A stretch of DNA of 64,000 bases from Octopus vulgaris (GCA_951406725.2 OX597814.1:67270001-67334000), one strand, 5' to 3'; positions 37,269-55,979 are shown, counted from the first letter of the stretch. Notes: generated by a model not told the origin, from the sequence alone. Made by a program: numbers and translations.

Positions 37269-38135
37269 TAAATAAAATAATAATTTTTATTATAGAAAAA
37301 ACTCAAATGTCTAAATTAGAAACTTAAATTCCGTTTTTAAATTTTAGTTAATGACACGATTTTCGAAAGCTAAATAAACCTTTTCTATTTAAGATATTTT
37401 AAGAAGTTTTATTGTATTGTATACTATATAACTACTGATTGTTAATTTGAATCTATAATTATTTAGTTGTTGATGATATGTATTTAATTAGATTATAACT
37501 GTACGTAATTTGTAAGATATTACTTAGTCACTGAGGTTTTAGATCGTAAAATATTTATACGGTTCTTTTAAGATAGGTTATACGTTTTAAATTTGATTTT
37601 TAATCTTTAATTTTTAAATGTATTTCATAAATATATTATATTGATATTTATAATATTTATATAAGTAATAATGGACTAATTAATTTTTTAATTTTTCATT
37701 ATATGTCTATATATTTATTGATAGAGTAAATTTTAGATTTTAATTACTATATTTGTTGATTATAATTTAGATACTTATTTTTAAATATTTTATAATTATT
37801 AGATGTGAACTTAAATCTAAAAATATGAATAGTGATTATTTTGTTAAATAATTTGGTAATTAAATATTGAACTATAACTGAGTTAAGGATATTCGAGATG
37901 TTATTATGTTTTTTTTAAAGCCATATTATATCTTAATAGATAAATACATATTTCTATCTATTTTTTTACCTTAAAAATAAATATTTAACATAATAAATGT
38001 GTTGTAGGAAATAATCCTAATGTTTAAGTTTCTAATTTAGACATTGGAGTTTTTTCTATAATAAAAATATTATTTTATTTATTTCTTAAATAAATATTGT
38101 TTATCTCTATTTGCTTATTTATTTAACTATTATCA

Positions 38136-38236
38136 TTAATCTGAAGATTGACTATAATTTTAATTCAAATATATTTTAATTGAATTTAAACTTAACTGTA
38201 ATTCGAATTTAATAGCCATGAAACGTACGTAGAGTT
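38136..38236 (+). ncRNA. Hammerhead ribozyme motif, same family as 21076-21150
   Basis: CTGAAGA-TTGACTA...TAGCCAT-GAAA-CGTACG-TA. Stem II is partly decayed. Confidence 0.55.
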
Positions 38237-38290
38237 TTTACTTATTATATTATATTTATCATTCATTTTATACTTTTTGAAAAAAGAATA

Positions 38291-38382
<92 letters not shown>

Positions 38383-38565
38383 ATTATATACATTATATTA
38401 TATTAATTATATATATTACTTGTTATTTATGTATTGGTCTATGTCTATCACTGTTTGAGTTGCATCATAGTGGTTTTATCTCTAATTCATATTTTATATT
38501 TACACTGTGAAATTTGATTTGATACTAAATTGAATTTTTCCCTGTAAGTTTGGAGTTATACTCTC

Positions 38566-38637
<72 letters not shown>

Positions 38638-38641
<4 letters not shown>

Positions 38642-39371
38642 TAGTTTTATTTTTATAGCGTGCTTTCACTTCACTACCGAGCGCAGCTCAGGTGTGCCTT
38701 AGGTATGTGCTGTGATTCGTTGTGATGCTCTGATGGTTATTGTATGGAAAATGTTCTGCGTAGGATGTGTGCAGTGCCTAGTAGTGCAATTTTCTGTATG
38801 TTATATGTGTTTGTAAGTCCTGGTGTTTTTGTTATGTATTTGTCTGAATAATTTTTTATCACGCCTAATGCACCTACTATGATAGGAATTGTTTCTGTTT
38901 TTAGATTCCACATTCTGGTTACCTCTATTTCCAGGTCTTTGTATTTTGAAAGTTCCTCCATTTCTTTTAGAGACACGTTGTTATTATTATTATTATTCTA
39001 TGTTTGACTTTTGCTTTATGTCTGTACAAGTTGGCTCCAAGTCTCACCCAGAGACCTCAAGAGACAACAGGTTGGAAGTTCTGTGCCATATATTTGTTTT
39101 TTTTTTCTTTGGTGTTGTACTAGTGAATGTCTAATACATAAAAAAAATAAATAAAAAAATAAAAAAATAAAAAATAAAAAATAAAAATAAGAACAAAAAA
39201 AAGTTTGTTTTAAACCTTGGGATTACATAGAGAGTATTTTGTGTAGGATATGAGCAGTTCCCATGAGCACTATCTTTTGAATTTCTGCCATTTTGGGGTT
39301 TCCTGGTATCTGAGTTAGGTAGCAATCAGTCCCTTTCGCTATCATTCCCAGGGCACCTATGACAACATGTA

Positions 39372-39438
<67 letters not shown>

Positions 39439-40060
39439 CATCATTCAGTAATTTTATTTTTATAACGTCCTTTCACTTCACTACCGAGCGCAGCTCTGTG
39501 TGCTTTGGGTGTGTGCTGTGATTTGTTGTGATGCGTAGATGGTTACTGTATTGAAAGTGTTCTGCGTAGGATGTGTGTAGTGCCTAGTAGTGCAATTTTC
39601 TGTATGTTATATGTGTTTGTAAGTCCTGGTGTTTTTGTTATGTATTTGTCTGAATATTTTTTTATCATGCCTAATGCACCTACGATAGGAATTGTTTCTG
39701 TTTTTAGTATCCACATTCTAGTTACCTCTATTTCCAGGTCTTTGTATTTTGAAATTTTCTCTATTTCTTTTAGAGACACGTTGTCATCTGCCGGTATTGA
39801 TACATCAATTAGAAAGCAATTTTTTCTTCATGATCTCTGACAACTATATCTGGTCTGTTGGCCTTAATTTCTCTATCTGTGTGTATTGGCATATCCCAGA
39901 GTATGGTTGCTTTCTCGTTTTCTGTGACCTTTTCTGGTGTGTGTCTATACCATCTTTTTTCTGTTGTTATTCCATAATGTTGGCATAGCTTCCAGTGTAT
40001 GTAGGTCCCAACTCTGTCGTGTCTGTAAATATATTCCTTCTTAGCCAGGACTGGGCAGCC
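38638..40060 (-). mobile_element. Three 5'-truncated R4/Dong-like 3' fragments separated by (TAA)n
   Basis: 38638-38980, about 39000-39370 (a different subfamily) and 39445-40060 end in (KYKDL)...IGALG...IQKI.L.GT.HIL. Confidence 0.85.
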
Positions 40061-40074
40061 TATTATTATTATTA

Positions 40075-44401
<4,327 letters not shown>

Positions 44402-44467
44402 TTAGGGAGTATATTCAAACTTACAGGGAAAAATTAGATTTAGGATTCAATCAAATTTCACAGTATA

Positions 44468-45051
44468 AATATAAATTAAATTAGAGATAAAACCACTATT
44501 AGGCAACTCAAACAGTGATAGATATAAACCAAAACATAAAAAACGAAAAATAAATATAATTAATATAATATATAAGATATATATAAAATATAAAATTTAA
44601 AATTTAAATTATTGAAATTTGAAATTTTTTAATTTATATTTATAAATTTTTATATTTTAAATTTTAAATTTATAAATTTTTAAAATTTTACACTTTTAAC
44701 CTTTTTTTTAAACTAACCAAAATGTATTAAAAAGTTTAATATAATATAATAAGTAAAAACTTATACTTATTATATTATATTAAACTTTTTAATACTTTTT
44801 GGTTAGTTTAATAAAGGTTAAAAAGTTAAAAAGTTTAAAAATTTATAAATTAAAAATTTAAAATATAAAAATATAAAAATTTATAAATATAAATATAAAA
44901 ATTTCAAATTTCAATAATTCATATTTTAAATTTTAAATTTTATATATAATTTGTATATTATATTAATTATATTTACTTTTTGTTTTTTTTATGTTTTGGT
45001 TTCTGTCTATCACTGTTTGAGTTGCCTAACTGTGGTTTTATCTCTAATTTA

Positions 45052-45060
<9 letters not shown>
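44468..45060. repeat. AT-rich inverted repeat with arms of about 290 bp
   Basis: AAATTAAATTAGAGATAAAACCAC..AGGCAACTCAAACAGTGATAGA is mirrored at 45005-45055; centre near 44760. Confidence 0.85.
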
Positions 45061-45091
<31 letters not shown>

Positions 45092-45169
45092 AATTGTTGC
45101 GTGGAAGGTGTTTATAAGCCATTTGAAAACACACAAAACCTTTAGATTCACTTCAACATTTAAATTTAA

Positions 45170-45220
45170 TTTGGCAAAATATTTTCGTCGCTTTGAGACA
45201 GCGACCTGTTCACTGACAAA
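45170..45220 (-). ncRNA. Second copy of the G3-C8 hammerhead-like motif
   Basis: Minus strand reads TTTGTCA-GTGAACA-G-GTCGC(TGTCTCAAA)GCGAC-GAAA-ATAT-TT-TGCCAAA. The loop differs from 6633-6683 while stem II is unchanged. Confidence 0.5.
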
Positions 45221-45314
45221 ATTCCGTGCTGCATCTACACCTTTCACGCTGCAATTGTTTTTGTTTCAGCACACGATATCAGATCAGGTCACTTGCTATG
45301 CAAGTACATCTCTG

Positions 45315-45404
<90 letters not shown>

Positions 45405-45649
45405 CTATCTCTTCTCAAGATTTTAGTATTCATGTCTTGGTGCATAGATGTACATAGATGTAACGACATCTTCGACTTCATTGCTACACACGTCTATTCG
45501 GCTTTGTTTTACGTTTTCCGACGACAGGTATTTTGTTTACATGTGTTTCATTGCCAGTCTTTTTGCTGTGCTTCAGGAGTGAATCTTCACCCTCTACTGC
45601 AACAAAAAAAAAATGTAAGAAGTGTCATTTATTCTGATAAGTGAAATTG

Positions 45650-45980
45650 AAAATACCCTCATGATGAGGAAGGAGACAAATCTCCAGGAAAAGGTGGCAT
45701 AGCAAACATGTTAAGGTGCGGAAGTAAAGAGCTGTGGAAAATCCGCCTCCTATTCTTTAATCGCTGTCTGAAAGACAGCAAAATACCCTCGCTGTGGAAA
45801 GAGTTTAATGCCATCTTGCTTAATAAGATGGTGATAAAGAATATTTAAGAAACTACCGTTCAATATATCACTTGTCTCAACTCTAGAAGAAGTTTAAAAA
45901 GTGACATTCACCAGATTATCGAAACATTACGATGTCTAGCAGCCGAGGAAGCAAGCAGGTTTCCATGTGAACTACAATAT
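45650..45980 (+). mobile_element. Decayed RTE-like RT fragment, recurring at 33556, 47200, 50200 and 52575
   Basis: KSPGKGGI..ML remnant here; the copy at 47380-47430 reads KKGDNEYLRNYRPINLLSQL and the copy at 50666 reads LTHIRFADDIV. Confidence 0.6.
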
Positions 45981-46494
45981 GATGTATCACATAAACATGT
46001 GTAATGGCTGAGTGTATACATGTATGCATGTACTGTGTTTCTAAATATTTGTGATTTTATCACTGAAGAGGCTGGTTGTTTAATTGTTAAAACATAAAGC
46101 TGCAATGCTTGAATTTGGATTCCATCAAGGAGATGTCTGTGAATTTGACTCTCTGTAAAGTCCTTATTATTTTACAGATCTGCTTTCAACTTGTATTTGT
46201 AATCACTTTGTTTTCAGGAAAACCCTACAACACCGTCAATGAAGTATTCAATAACATGAACATCTGTTGCAACAAGTGTAAATATGTGAAGATTTCATCA
46301 GGTTAAAAAGTACTTGTTTATAAACATTCTGATATTTACTAGTTCTGAAGAGATGTTTAAACATGTCAAATGCTTTGAATGATTGTGAATGGTTTATGTA
46401 TTGCGTCACAAATATAAAAAAAAACCCATTAAAGTCTTTAAATATTTAATATTAAAATTTTATATAAAATGAGTCCTCGTTTCCATTCCTCTAG

Positions 46495-46557
46495 AATTAG
46501 AAGAGGACATAGAGCCTGAGACCGAGGAGATGGAAAATTTAGAGTTGGAGACACCAG
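46495..46557 (+). CDS. Acidic repeat exon 10 (63 nt): ELEEDIEPETEEMENLELETP
   Basis: ttcctctAG|AATTA ... CCAG|GTATGA. One synonymous difference from exon 6. Confidence 0.85.
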
Positions 46558-46978
46558 GTATGAATTACATATACATATATACAGATACATATATAAATGA
46601 AAGCATACATACACATAAGCACTCACGCCTACTCACAGAGACATCAGGTATGAATTATATATATACTGTAAGTATACAGAAACATATATCTACTTGTAAA
46701 GCATATGTTACAGGACCTCTTTGTATGCAGGAAAACCCTAGACTTTCATTAACGTTAATGAAGTATTCATTAATATAACCAAGAGTAGCAATATCTATTT
46801 ATAAATATCTGAAGATTTTTACCAGGTTGAAAATACAGCAGATCTCGAAGTACCCGTTCAAAAATATTCTGATATCTACTAGTTTTTGTATTGTCTCATA
46901 TTCAAAAAGAATTAAAAAACTGTAAATATCTAATATTAAAATTTTATATAAAATGTTTCCTCGTTTCCATTCCTCTAG

Positions 46979-47041
46979 AATTGGAAGAGGACTTAGAGTT
47001 TGAGACCGAGGAGACGGAAAATTTAGAGCCAGAAATACCAG
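46979..47041 (+). CDS. Acidic repeat exon 11 (63 nt): ELEEDLEFETEETENLEPEIP
   Basis: ttcctctAG|AATTG ... CCAG|GTATGA. Paralog of exon 7. Confidence 0.85.
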
Positions 47042-48303
47042 GTATGAATTATATAATATATATACTGATACATATATGCACGGATGCGTAAATACACACG
47101 ATCACTCTCACATATTCACACATGGTTTGGGTGTACAAATCTTACATCTTCAGTGAAGCACAATCCTACACCATGTTGGAAAAAGTGGCACTTATTTTGA
47201 TGATAAAAATTGAAAATACCCTTAAAATGACGAAAGGAAAAAGTGGCAATACAACAAAGATGTTAATGTGTAGAGGGGAAGACCTGAGGGAAATTCTCGT
47301 ACTGCGCTTTAATTGCAGTTTGAAAGAGGGCAATATACGCTCGCTGTGGAAAGAGTCGAATGCCATCTCACCTAATAAGAAGGGTGATAACGAATATTTA
47401 AGAAACTATCGCCCAATAAACCTTTTGTCTCAACTCTGTAATCTATTTACAAACTTATATTCATCAGATTATCGAAACACTTCGATGACCATCAGACGAA
47501 AAGATAAGTAGTTGTTTTTAAGAACTATAGTACAATGGATCACATATTCACGCTAGTAAAGATTATAGAACGAGCGAGGGCATACATGCTGCTTTGGTGC
47601 ATCGCTTTTGTCGTCTACGAAAAAGTCTTCGATAGCGTCGAGATGAACTCAGTACTGAAATCTGTGGAAGTAAAAAGTGTAGAGTCGCTAGTAAGATGCT
47701 TCCAATTCACAGATGACATCGTACTCATCGCTGAAACATACACAGAGACATGTACACATACACACACACACCACCACCACCACACCACACACAGAGGTAC
47801 ACAGAAAAACAAACACATATATAATTATTTAAAAGTATGGATGTATGTAGTCTTGTAAGTACTTACACATAAATATGTGTAATCGTTGATTGCATACGAA
47901 TATGAACTTATTTACAAATGAGAAGAAGCTGCTTGTTTAATTTTTAAAACAAATTTGTATTGCTTGAATTTCTATACCGTCAATGAGATGTTTATCAATT
48001 TGTTTCTCAGTAAAGTCTTTGTCATTCTTTGATGTGCTTATAAGTGGGCGCTGAAAAGTCCTTGGCTTTAGAGGTATCACGAAAGGCCTTGTTAGAAGCC
48101 CAACCTTCCGAGTTCTTTTACAGGGCTTAGAATAACTGAAGGACCACTGCAATAAATGTATGAATCTGAGAGGAGAATATGTTGAATAAAGTCATAATTA
48201 ACTGATTCTCCTGCATTTTCTTCTATCCAAAGCCAAGAAATTTTCAGCGCCCTCTCCTATATGTAACGTGATCATATTGTTTGCAATAAAATCTCGACTC
48301 TCT

Positions 48304-48778
48304 CTATCTGTCACTCCTCTGTATACCCTCTTTTACTGTACGTCGCCATTCTCCACGGTTGTCGGCGACTGCCTCCCAGCCGCTAATGTTGATGTTGCAG
48401 GCCTTCATATCCCTTTTGCAAACATCCTTGTAACGTAAGATCGGTCTACCCACAGACCTAGTACCCCTAGCAAGCTCTCCGTAGAGTATGTCCTTGGGGA
48501 TTCTGCCATCTTTCATACGGCTAACATGCCCAAGCCATCTCATACGTCTTTGTGTGAGGAGTGCAAACATGCTTGGTATTCCTGCTTGCCTGAGGACATC
48601 TTTGTTGGGGATATGATTCTGCCATTTGATGTGGAGGATTTTTCGGAGGCAGCGCAGGTGAAAGATGTTTAGGCGACGCTCTTGGCGTGTGTATAGCGTC
48701 CAGGTCTCGCTTCCATACAGTAGAGTGCTGAGTACACATGCCTGGTAGATCTTCATTTTTGTGGTCTTGGTCAGCTTA
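48304..48778 (-). mobile_element. RTE-clade LINE C-terminal fragment
   Basis: KIYQACVLSTLLYGSETW...FHLRCLRKIL...RWLGHVSRM.DGRIPKDILYGEL. Confidence 0.9.
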
Positions 48779-49122
48779 TTGTGTAGTTGGAATGTTATTA
48801 ATATTAAACCATTTCGGAATACGAGTCACCATTTCAAGTCGACTTTCATCTTCCAGTCTGAGGTTGGATGCAAAATAGAGCGCAGATCATCTATTGATTT
48901 TGACTCAGGTGTCGTCTTTCTTTCTGAACATGAAACACTTCTGGGGCGGCTGCTGTTTGTTAGCTTTTTAACACTTCATGTCTGTCTATTTGGAAATTTG
49001 TGAAAGCAGCTTTTCTGTCGTCACGTAACGACCTTCTCCCATTGCTTCAGGCAAAATTTTTTTAAATCTTTAAATATTTAACATTAATATTGTATATAAA
49101 CGTCTTCATTCCATTCTTCTAG

Positions 49123-49200
49123 AATTCGAAGAAGGTACGATACCAGAGGATTTAGAGACTGAGATCGTGGAGACGGAGGATTTAGAACTGGAGACGCCAG
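49123..49200 (+). CDS. Acidic repeat exon 12 (78 nt): EFEEGTIPEDLETEIVETEDLELETP
   Basis: ttcttctAG|AATTC ... CCAG|GTATAA. Confidence 0.8.
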
Positions 49201-51173
49201 GTATAAATTACATATACATATATACAGACACACATATGTGCATATATGCATCCATACATACACACGCGCACTCTCATGTACTCACACGTATATTTTAACT
49301 TCTAAAGGCAGAACACTGCATTTTACCATGGAAAAAAACATCCTCGCTTATGGTAAAAGGTGTGAAAACATCTTAACTGCTTTGTCTCCTATTGGACTTC
49401 AAGACGCTTTTCTGGATTTTTAGCCTCCCCCGGTAAGAGATACCAAAGAGAGATGTTCCTGGGCAGATTATAAAACCTACTATATTTGTTGTGACCGGAT
49501 AGCCTAAGAGCTCAAGTCAATTACTAATGTTAACTATTCTAAGATATCCAACTATAAATCTGTAAGTACGGCTTCATAATCTGCCATGGGCGGTCGGAGG
49601 GATGTTATCACTAATTTCTCCCTGAAGACGAGTTTACCTTTCAGGGACGCGTGCATTCTAGTCTTGGAAGCAAAATAGAAAGTTGGTCACCTATTGTTTT
49701 TCACTTAGGTATCAGCTTCCCTTAATAACCTGATAGTGGCAGCTGTTTGTTAGCTTTACAAATTTTCCCGTCTCTACATTTTCGACCCTCCTCCTCTGTC
49801 ACAGGGCAATGAGTTGCTCCACACTTCTTGCAGCATGAGTCTTCCTCTTAATGTTATATTTTAAGGCTATTTGGTGTTGACAAGAGATTGGAGACGGCAA
49901 ACGAGTGGAAGGATTACTTCATCTTATCTCATCTTCAGGGAGAAGCAACGCGCTTAGTGTTCTTGCAGTCGTGGCCTCGAATTTCTCCACTACTCATGAA
50001 ATTGATTGGCGGAGCTTAGAGGTCTCTTTGTACTGATGGGCTGTCTATTGCTTCCACCTGAGTAGAACGCGAAATATTATAGCAAGAACGTCTACAACAG
50101 TCTGGGTATGATGCCATACTAGAAGCAACGTACTTCAAACATACCCGGTATCATCTGTAAGAGGATAAAATACCCTAACTCTGAACAGAATAAAATACTA
50201 CATTGCTTTATATAAGGGGTGATAAAGAATCTTTAAGAATCTACCACCTTTTATGCTTCATGTGTCACCTTAATAGGCCGTCTATTAAGATTATAATCAC
50301 CAGATAATCGAAACACTTCAATGACCAGTAGCTGAGGGAGCAAGCAGATTTCTATAAGAACTACAATCATATTCACTCTAACGAAGATTATAGAATGATC
50401 GAAAGGACACAAACTGTTTCTATTCATCGCTTTTGTCGACGACAGCGTCGAGATGAACGCAATACTGACATGTTGGACATGCAAGATGTGGAGTCGCTAT
50501 TCAGCAAATTTCTCAGGGATACGAACTCTTGTGTAGAGATGCTATCGTAAGCAGTAAGAGTCCTAATTGGAAAGAGCATCAAACAAGGAGTACCATCTCG
50601 CCAAAGCTCTACAGACTATGTCAAGAAATGGTCATCAGAGACATTGACTGGACAGGTTTTCGAAGATGAACGGTGAGCAACTAACACATATCCGCTTCGC
50701 TGATGACATCGTACACAGTACCAATACCACACACACACACACACACAGGCACGCACGCACGAACACACACATACACAGACGCACGCACGCACGCGCGCGC
50801 GCACACACACACACACCGCACACATCCATGGGCTCACAGTTAAACACACATATACAAACATATATAAGCGTTTAAAAGCATGCATGTATATAGCCTGGTA
50901 AATATTATGCATAGATATGTGTAATGGTTGATTACATACGTATATGTAGTTTTATACAGCTGAGAAGAAGCAGGTGGTTTAATTGTTAAAGCGTAAAACT
51001 GCATCGCTTGATTTCGGATACCATCAACAAAAAGTGTATGAATTGTCTTTCAGTCAAGTTTTTATTATTCTACTGACCTATACGTCTAATGCCTTGTATG
51101 AGTGTGAATAGCATAAAAAACCTATATTTAATATAAATTCGACTTATAGCTTTCCTCTATTCTATTCCTCTAG

Positions 51174-51290
51174 AATTCGAGGAGGAAACAGAGAATTTGG
51201 AGGCCGAGGAAGAAACGGAGAATTTAGAGGCCGAGGAATCGGAGAATTTAGAGGCCGAGGAGTCACAGAATTTGGAGCCGGAGACACCAG
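51174..51290 (+). CDS. Acidic repeat exon 13 (117 nt): [39 protein letters not shown]
   Basis: ttcctctAG|AATTC ... CCAG|GTATGA. Internal in-frame tandem expansion. Confidence 0.85.
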
Positions 51291-51399
51291 GTATGAACTA
51301 CATCCATCCATCCATCCATCCATCCCTCCATCCATCCAGCCATCCATCCATCCATCCATCCATTCATCCATCCATCCAATACAATCTTGACAATACAAA

Positions 51400-52130
51400 A
51401 TCTACAGGCAAACGACAATTATAGGTGTCTTGGACAGGATGAAAATCTCAGATACGATGGACCCATAAGTAAGGAGAGTACCTCAGAAGAGTTAAGAGAA
51501 TATGGTCATCAGAACTCTCAGCTTACACATTACCTAGAATACCTTGTGCAAGACCAAGATTAAAGTCATAAATTATATTATTGCCAACTATCAGAGAGTG
51601 TCTTCCAGATATAATCTTCCAACCAAGCATGATGCGGTGGTCAGAACAGTCTGGAACAGGATATTAAAAAGAGAAAAATGGAAAAGAAAAAACACCTACA
51701 GACGAAGTCGACCATATTAAGACCGATGGGTCAAAATAATATTGGTGGAACTTAAAAGTTAAAATAGCCATCAGGTTAAAACACGACCAGCCAGATATTG
51801 TTGTGTGGGACCACAAGGAAATAATATGATCTGTTGTGGAAGTCAGCTGCCTTCTTGATACCAATGTGTGTGTGTGTGTGGGGGGGGGACACACAAGAGA
51901 AAGAGGATACATATAGACCATTAATAAGGAGTTTAAAAATATAGTACCCAAGCTACACTTTCAGCTTCATATCTATTATTATTGGAGCATAAAGACACAC
52001 CAATTCATCTGGAGCAAATTATGGCTGAACTTAGAATCTTTGGGTGAGAAGGAAAATGCTTAATTCATGCGGAACAGATGATAACGATATTTGGGACCAT
52101 AAAAATTTACAAGACCTTCTAAAGATTCAA
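51400..52130 (+). mobile_element. Decayed RLE-type LINE 3' fragment (partial copy 53600-53880)
   Basis: KHDAVVR..., KHDQPDIVVWD, IIIGA remnants. Confidence 0.6.
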
Positions 52131-52253
52131 AGGTTAATTTCTTTTACAACCTTGCTGGCAAGTAGGTGGCCGGTCAAAATTTATTATGAATTAAAAAGAG
52201 AAAGGGAACGTTCCTACCTACCCACCTACCTACCTACCTACCTACCTACCTAC

Positions 52254-52284
<31 letters not shown>

Positions 52285-53125
52285 CATACATACATACATA
52301 CATACATGCATGCATGCATACATACATACATACATACATACATACACACCTTTATTTTAGTTAGCTTATTCAGCATGTACGTATATATGCCCTTACTCTC
52401 TTCAGGATTTCAGCATCCATGTCTTCGTATATATTCACTGTGCTCCCTAAGAAGTATTCCGTTACATCATCGATGTGTGCATTTCCATCTGTGAGTGTGT
52501 GTGCATATGTTTGTGCGTGTCTGCATAATTCATACCTAGTGTCTCCAGTTATTAAAACAAAACAATAAAACCTTCAAGATGATGAATGGACACAAAGCTA
52601 CTGGAAAAGATGGCATAATAACAAGGATGTTAATGTGCAGAGAGTAAGAGCAGACTGAACAGCTCGTTCTGCACTTCAATTGCTGTGTGAAAGAGGGTAA
52701 AATACCTTCGCGTTGAAAAGCCTCGAACACCATCTTTCTTCTATGAATTTCACTTTCAGTAAAGTCTTTATTATTTTATTGATCTGCTTTCGGTTTGCAT
52801 TTGTAAGGTGTATATTACTTGATCACTTTGTGATAAAATCTTGAAACTTAACACCACAAATGAAGTATTCACTAATTCAACAAAGTGTTGCAATAAATAT
52901 TTGTAAATATAAGGCGATTTTATCTGGTTAAAAGGCAGAAGATTTCAAAGTACTTGTTCATAAATGTTCTCATATTTTCACGGGTAGAGGAGATTTGTAA
53001 ATTCATATGCGAAATGCTTTCTATGATTGAGAATGATTTTTGTATTTAGTCATAAATACTAAAATAGCATAGAAAACAGTAAATATCACAATATATGAAG
53101 TGTTTCAACTTTTCCATTTCTCTAG

Positions 53126-53202
53126 AATTCGAGGAGGATACGACATCAGAAGAGTTTGAATCTGAGGCTGACGAGAAAAAAACTTAGAACTGGAGACGCC
53201 AG
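53126..53202 (+). pseudogene. Acidic repeat exon 14 (77 nt, frameshifted), identical to 34107-34183
   Basis: Same A7 run and in-frame TAG. Splice sites intact. Confidence 0.7.
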
Positions 53203-53418
53203 GTATGAATTACACATACATGCACACTTATACAACTACATATATGCATGCACGCAGACACACACACATACACACTCGTACACACATAAATCTGTATGTT
53301 AGGTGTTTTGTATGATTGTGAATGTATGCTGTATACAGTCTCAAATAGGATAAAAAAAACTTTAAATATTCAATATTAAAATTTTATGTAAAAGTTTTCC
53401 GCCTTTCCATTTCTCTAG

Positions 53419-53496
53419 AATTCGAGGAGGATATGATACCAGAGGAGCTAGAGCCTGAGACCGAAGACTCGGAGGATGTAGAACTGGAGACAGCAG
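53419..53496 (+). CDS. Acidic repeat exon 15 (78 nt): EFEEDMIPEELEPETEDSEDVELETA
   Basis: Identical to exon 9. Confidence 0.85.
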
Positions 53497-54047
53497 GTAT
53501 GAATTATACACACACGCGCACACATATCCACGCACATTCACAGATGCAAACGAACACATGTCCACACACACTCACACAGACATATATATGATATAAGAAG
53601 AGGTATGGTCTACTGTGAAAGTCAGCTGCCCTCTTGATATCAATGCGGTTAGAAAAATACAAGAGAAAGAGGACATCTATGGGCCATTGATAAGGAGTTT
53701 GAAAGTCAGTACTCAAGCTACACTTCCAGCTTCATATGTATTATTATTGAAGCATCAAGATACATGCCAATCCGTCTGGAACTTGGAACCCTAGGGATAG
53801 AATGCAAATCCTTAATTCATATGCTACAGAGGATCGCGATATCTGGAACCATAAAAAAGACATTCCTAGGATTTAAAGGATGCTGGTTAAAACAAGATGC
53901 TTTCCTTTCTTCCAAGCAGGTGGCCAGTCAAAGTTTATTTTGAATTAAAAAGATAACGGGCATACCTCCCTCCCTCCTTCCCTCTCTTCCTCCCTCCCTG
54001 CCTACATAATACATATATACATACATACACATACATACATACATACA

Positions 54048-54079
<32 letters not shown>

Positions 54080-54822
54080 CATGTAGAGATATGCATGTAT
54101 ACATACACACACATACACAGGCAGATGCACGTATGCACCCTCGCACTCGCATACAAATACACACGCATATTTGTACAAACATTAGATTAGCTCAAACATG
54201 TTTATGACATTTTATTATCTAAAGGCATAATCGTTGCATTTATCATGGGATTAAACATTCTCATTTATGGTAAAGGTTGCGAAAATATCTCATCTGCTGC
54301 TAGAGGCGTTTCCAGATCTTTGGCCTTCATTTGTAGGAGATACTGAAGGAAGACAACCCAAGGAAGATAATGAAGCTGAACTAGCGTTACAACTGCTATA
54401 TTAGATCTGACCGGGTGGTTTGCGAGCACAAGTTAGTCACTGATATTGTTTGTTCTAAGATAAAGCTACGGCTTTAAGATCTACCAAAAGTTATCTCCCA
54501 TCAGTATTTCCTAATAAGGAAGCCTAAAGAGACTGAAACACTTCTTAGAGTTGAAGTTTATGGGTGTGTAGATTGCAGATGACATCTTACTCGCCCCTGA
54601 ATCTACGCGCACATACGCATGTCTAAAATATGCATGTATGTTGACTGGTTAGTATTTATGCCTAAATATGTGCAATGGTTGACGGATATTTTAAATCGGT
54701 ATGCCAAATGCTTTGTATGACTGTGAATTGTGCTTTTATTGCGACGCAAATACCATTAAAAACTTTAAATGTTTGACATGAAAAATTTTATATAAGAGGT
54801 TTCCTCCTTTCCATTTCTCTAG

Positions 54823-54900
54823 AATTCGAGGAGAATACAATGCCCGAAGAGTTAGAGTCTGTAGTCGAAGAGAAGGAGAATCTAGAACTAGAGACACCAG
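54823..54900 (+). CDS. Acidic repeat exon 16 (78 nt): EFEENTMPEELESVVEEKENLELETP
   Basis: tttctctAG|AATTC ... CCAG|GTATGA. Confidence 0.85.
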
Positions 54901-55013
54901 GTATGAATTATATACACGTACATACATAATAAATACATACACACTTACATATATCTTTAAATATTTAATATTACATCTTTGATTAACGGCCCTTCTCCAT
55001 TCCATTTCTCTAG

Positions 55014-55091
55014 AATTCGAGGAGAATTCGACACCAGAGGAATTAGACTCTGGAGGTGAAGAGACGGAGAATTTAGAACCAGAGACACCAG
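55014..55091 (+). CDS. Acidic repeat exon 17 (78 nt): EFEENSTPEELDSGGEETENLEPETP
   Basis: tttctctAG|AATTC ... CCAG|GTAATG. Preceded by a 113-nt intron. Confidence 0.85.
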
Positions 55092-55886
55092 GTAATGATG
55101 TGCGTATGTGTGCGAGAGCACGTATGCATGTATGTAAGCATGTATGTACATTTGTGTGCGCGTGCACGTGTGTGTACCATCGTCGTCGTCATCATCATCA
55201 TCATCATCATCTTCATCGTCGTCATTTCCCATTATCTCCGTCTACGGCACAATGCGCACTGATTTGCGATAATTTTCTCCACACTATGAATTTAAGTTAT
55301 TGGACATGTCTCGTGTTAATTTCATGAACCATGCACTTGCGCGCTGGCTTAGGTCATGTTATACGAGTATATTAATTTTGGAGTTTTCATTTTAAATTGG
55401 CTACTTTCAACGTAGCTAAGGAGCTCAACCTAACTTTACAAAAATCTATCTAACCCATAGATGAGATCCTTACGGGTATTACCATTCTGGTTGAGAACGA
55501 GCCTAAGAGTAATGAAAATCAAGTGTTCACTCCACGTTCCCCATAATTCCAGAACTCCCGAACTGGAACCTCACTACTGGTCGGAATTTAAGGCCATACA
55601 CAGGACGTGCATATGTACATATATATGTATATATACGTAAAATTTGGCTGAAATTGATGGGTGAACGTTTGGTCCAATCGGATGTGCGTGTAGCCACGCA
55701 AGCGTTGATAAGTGGGTTCGATTTGGGCTAGGGTTAGCTCATCACTTTTCAGCCAAATTGTTTATATATAAATGTCATTTTAAATCGGAGAACATATATT
55801 ATTATAGTTATTTTTGTACTCATAGACACTCATTGTCGCTTTCTCTCCGTAGCTTACAATGTCTCTGTTTTGTCTGTAAATATTAT

Positions 55887-55940
<54 letters not shown>

Positions 55941-55979
55941 TATATATAAATATATATAAGTAATGTTTATCGCATCGCC

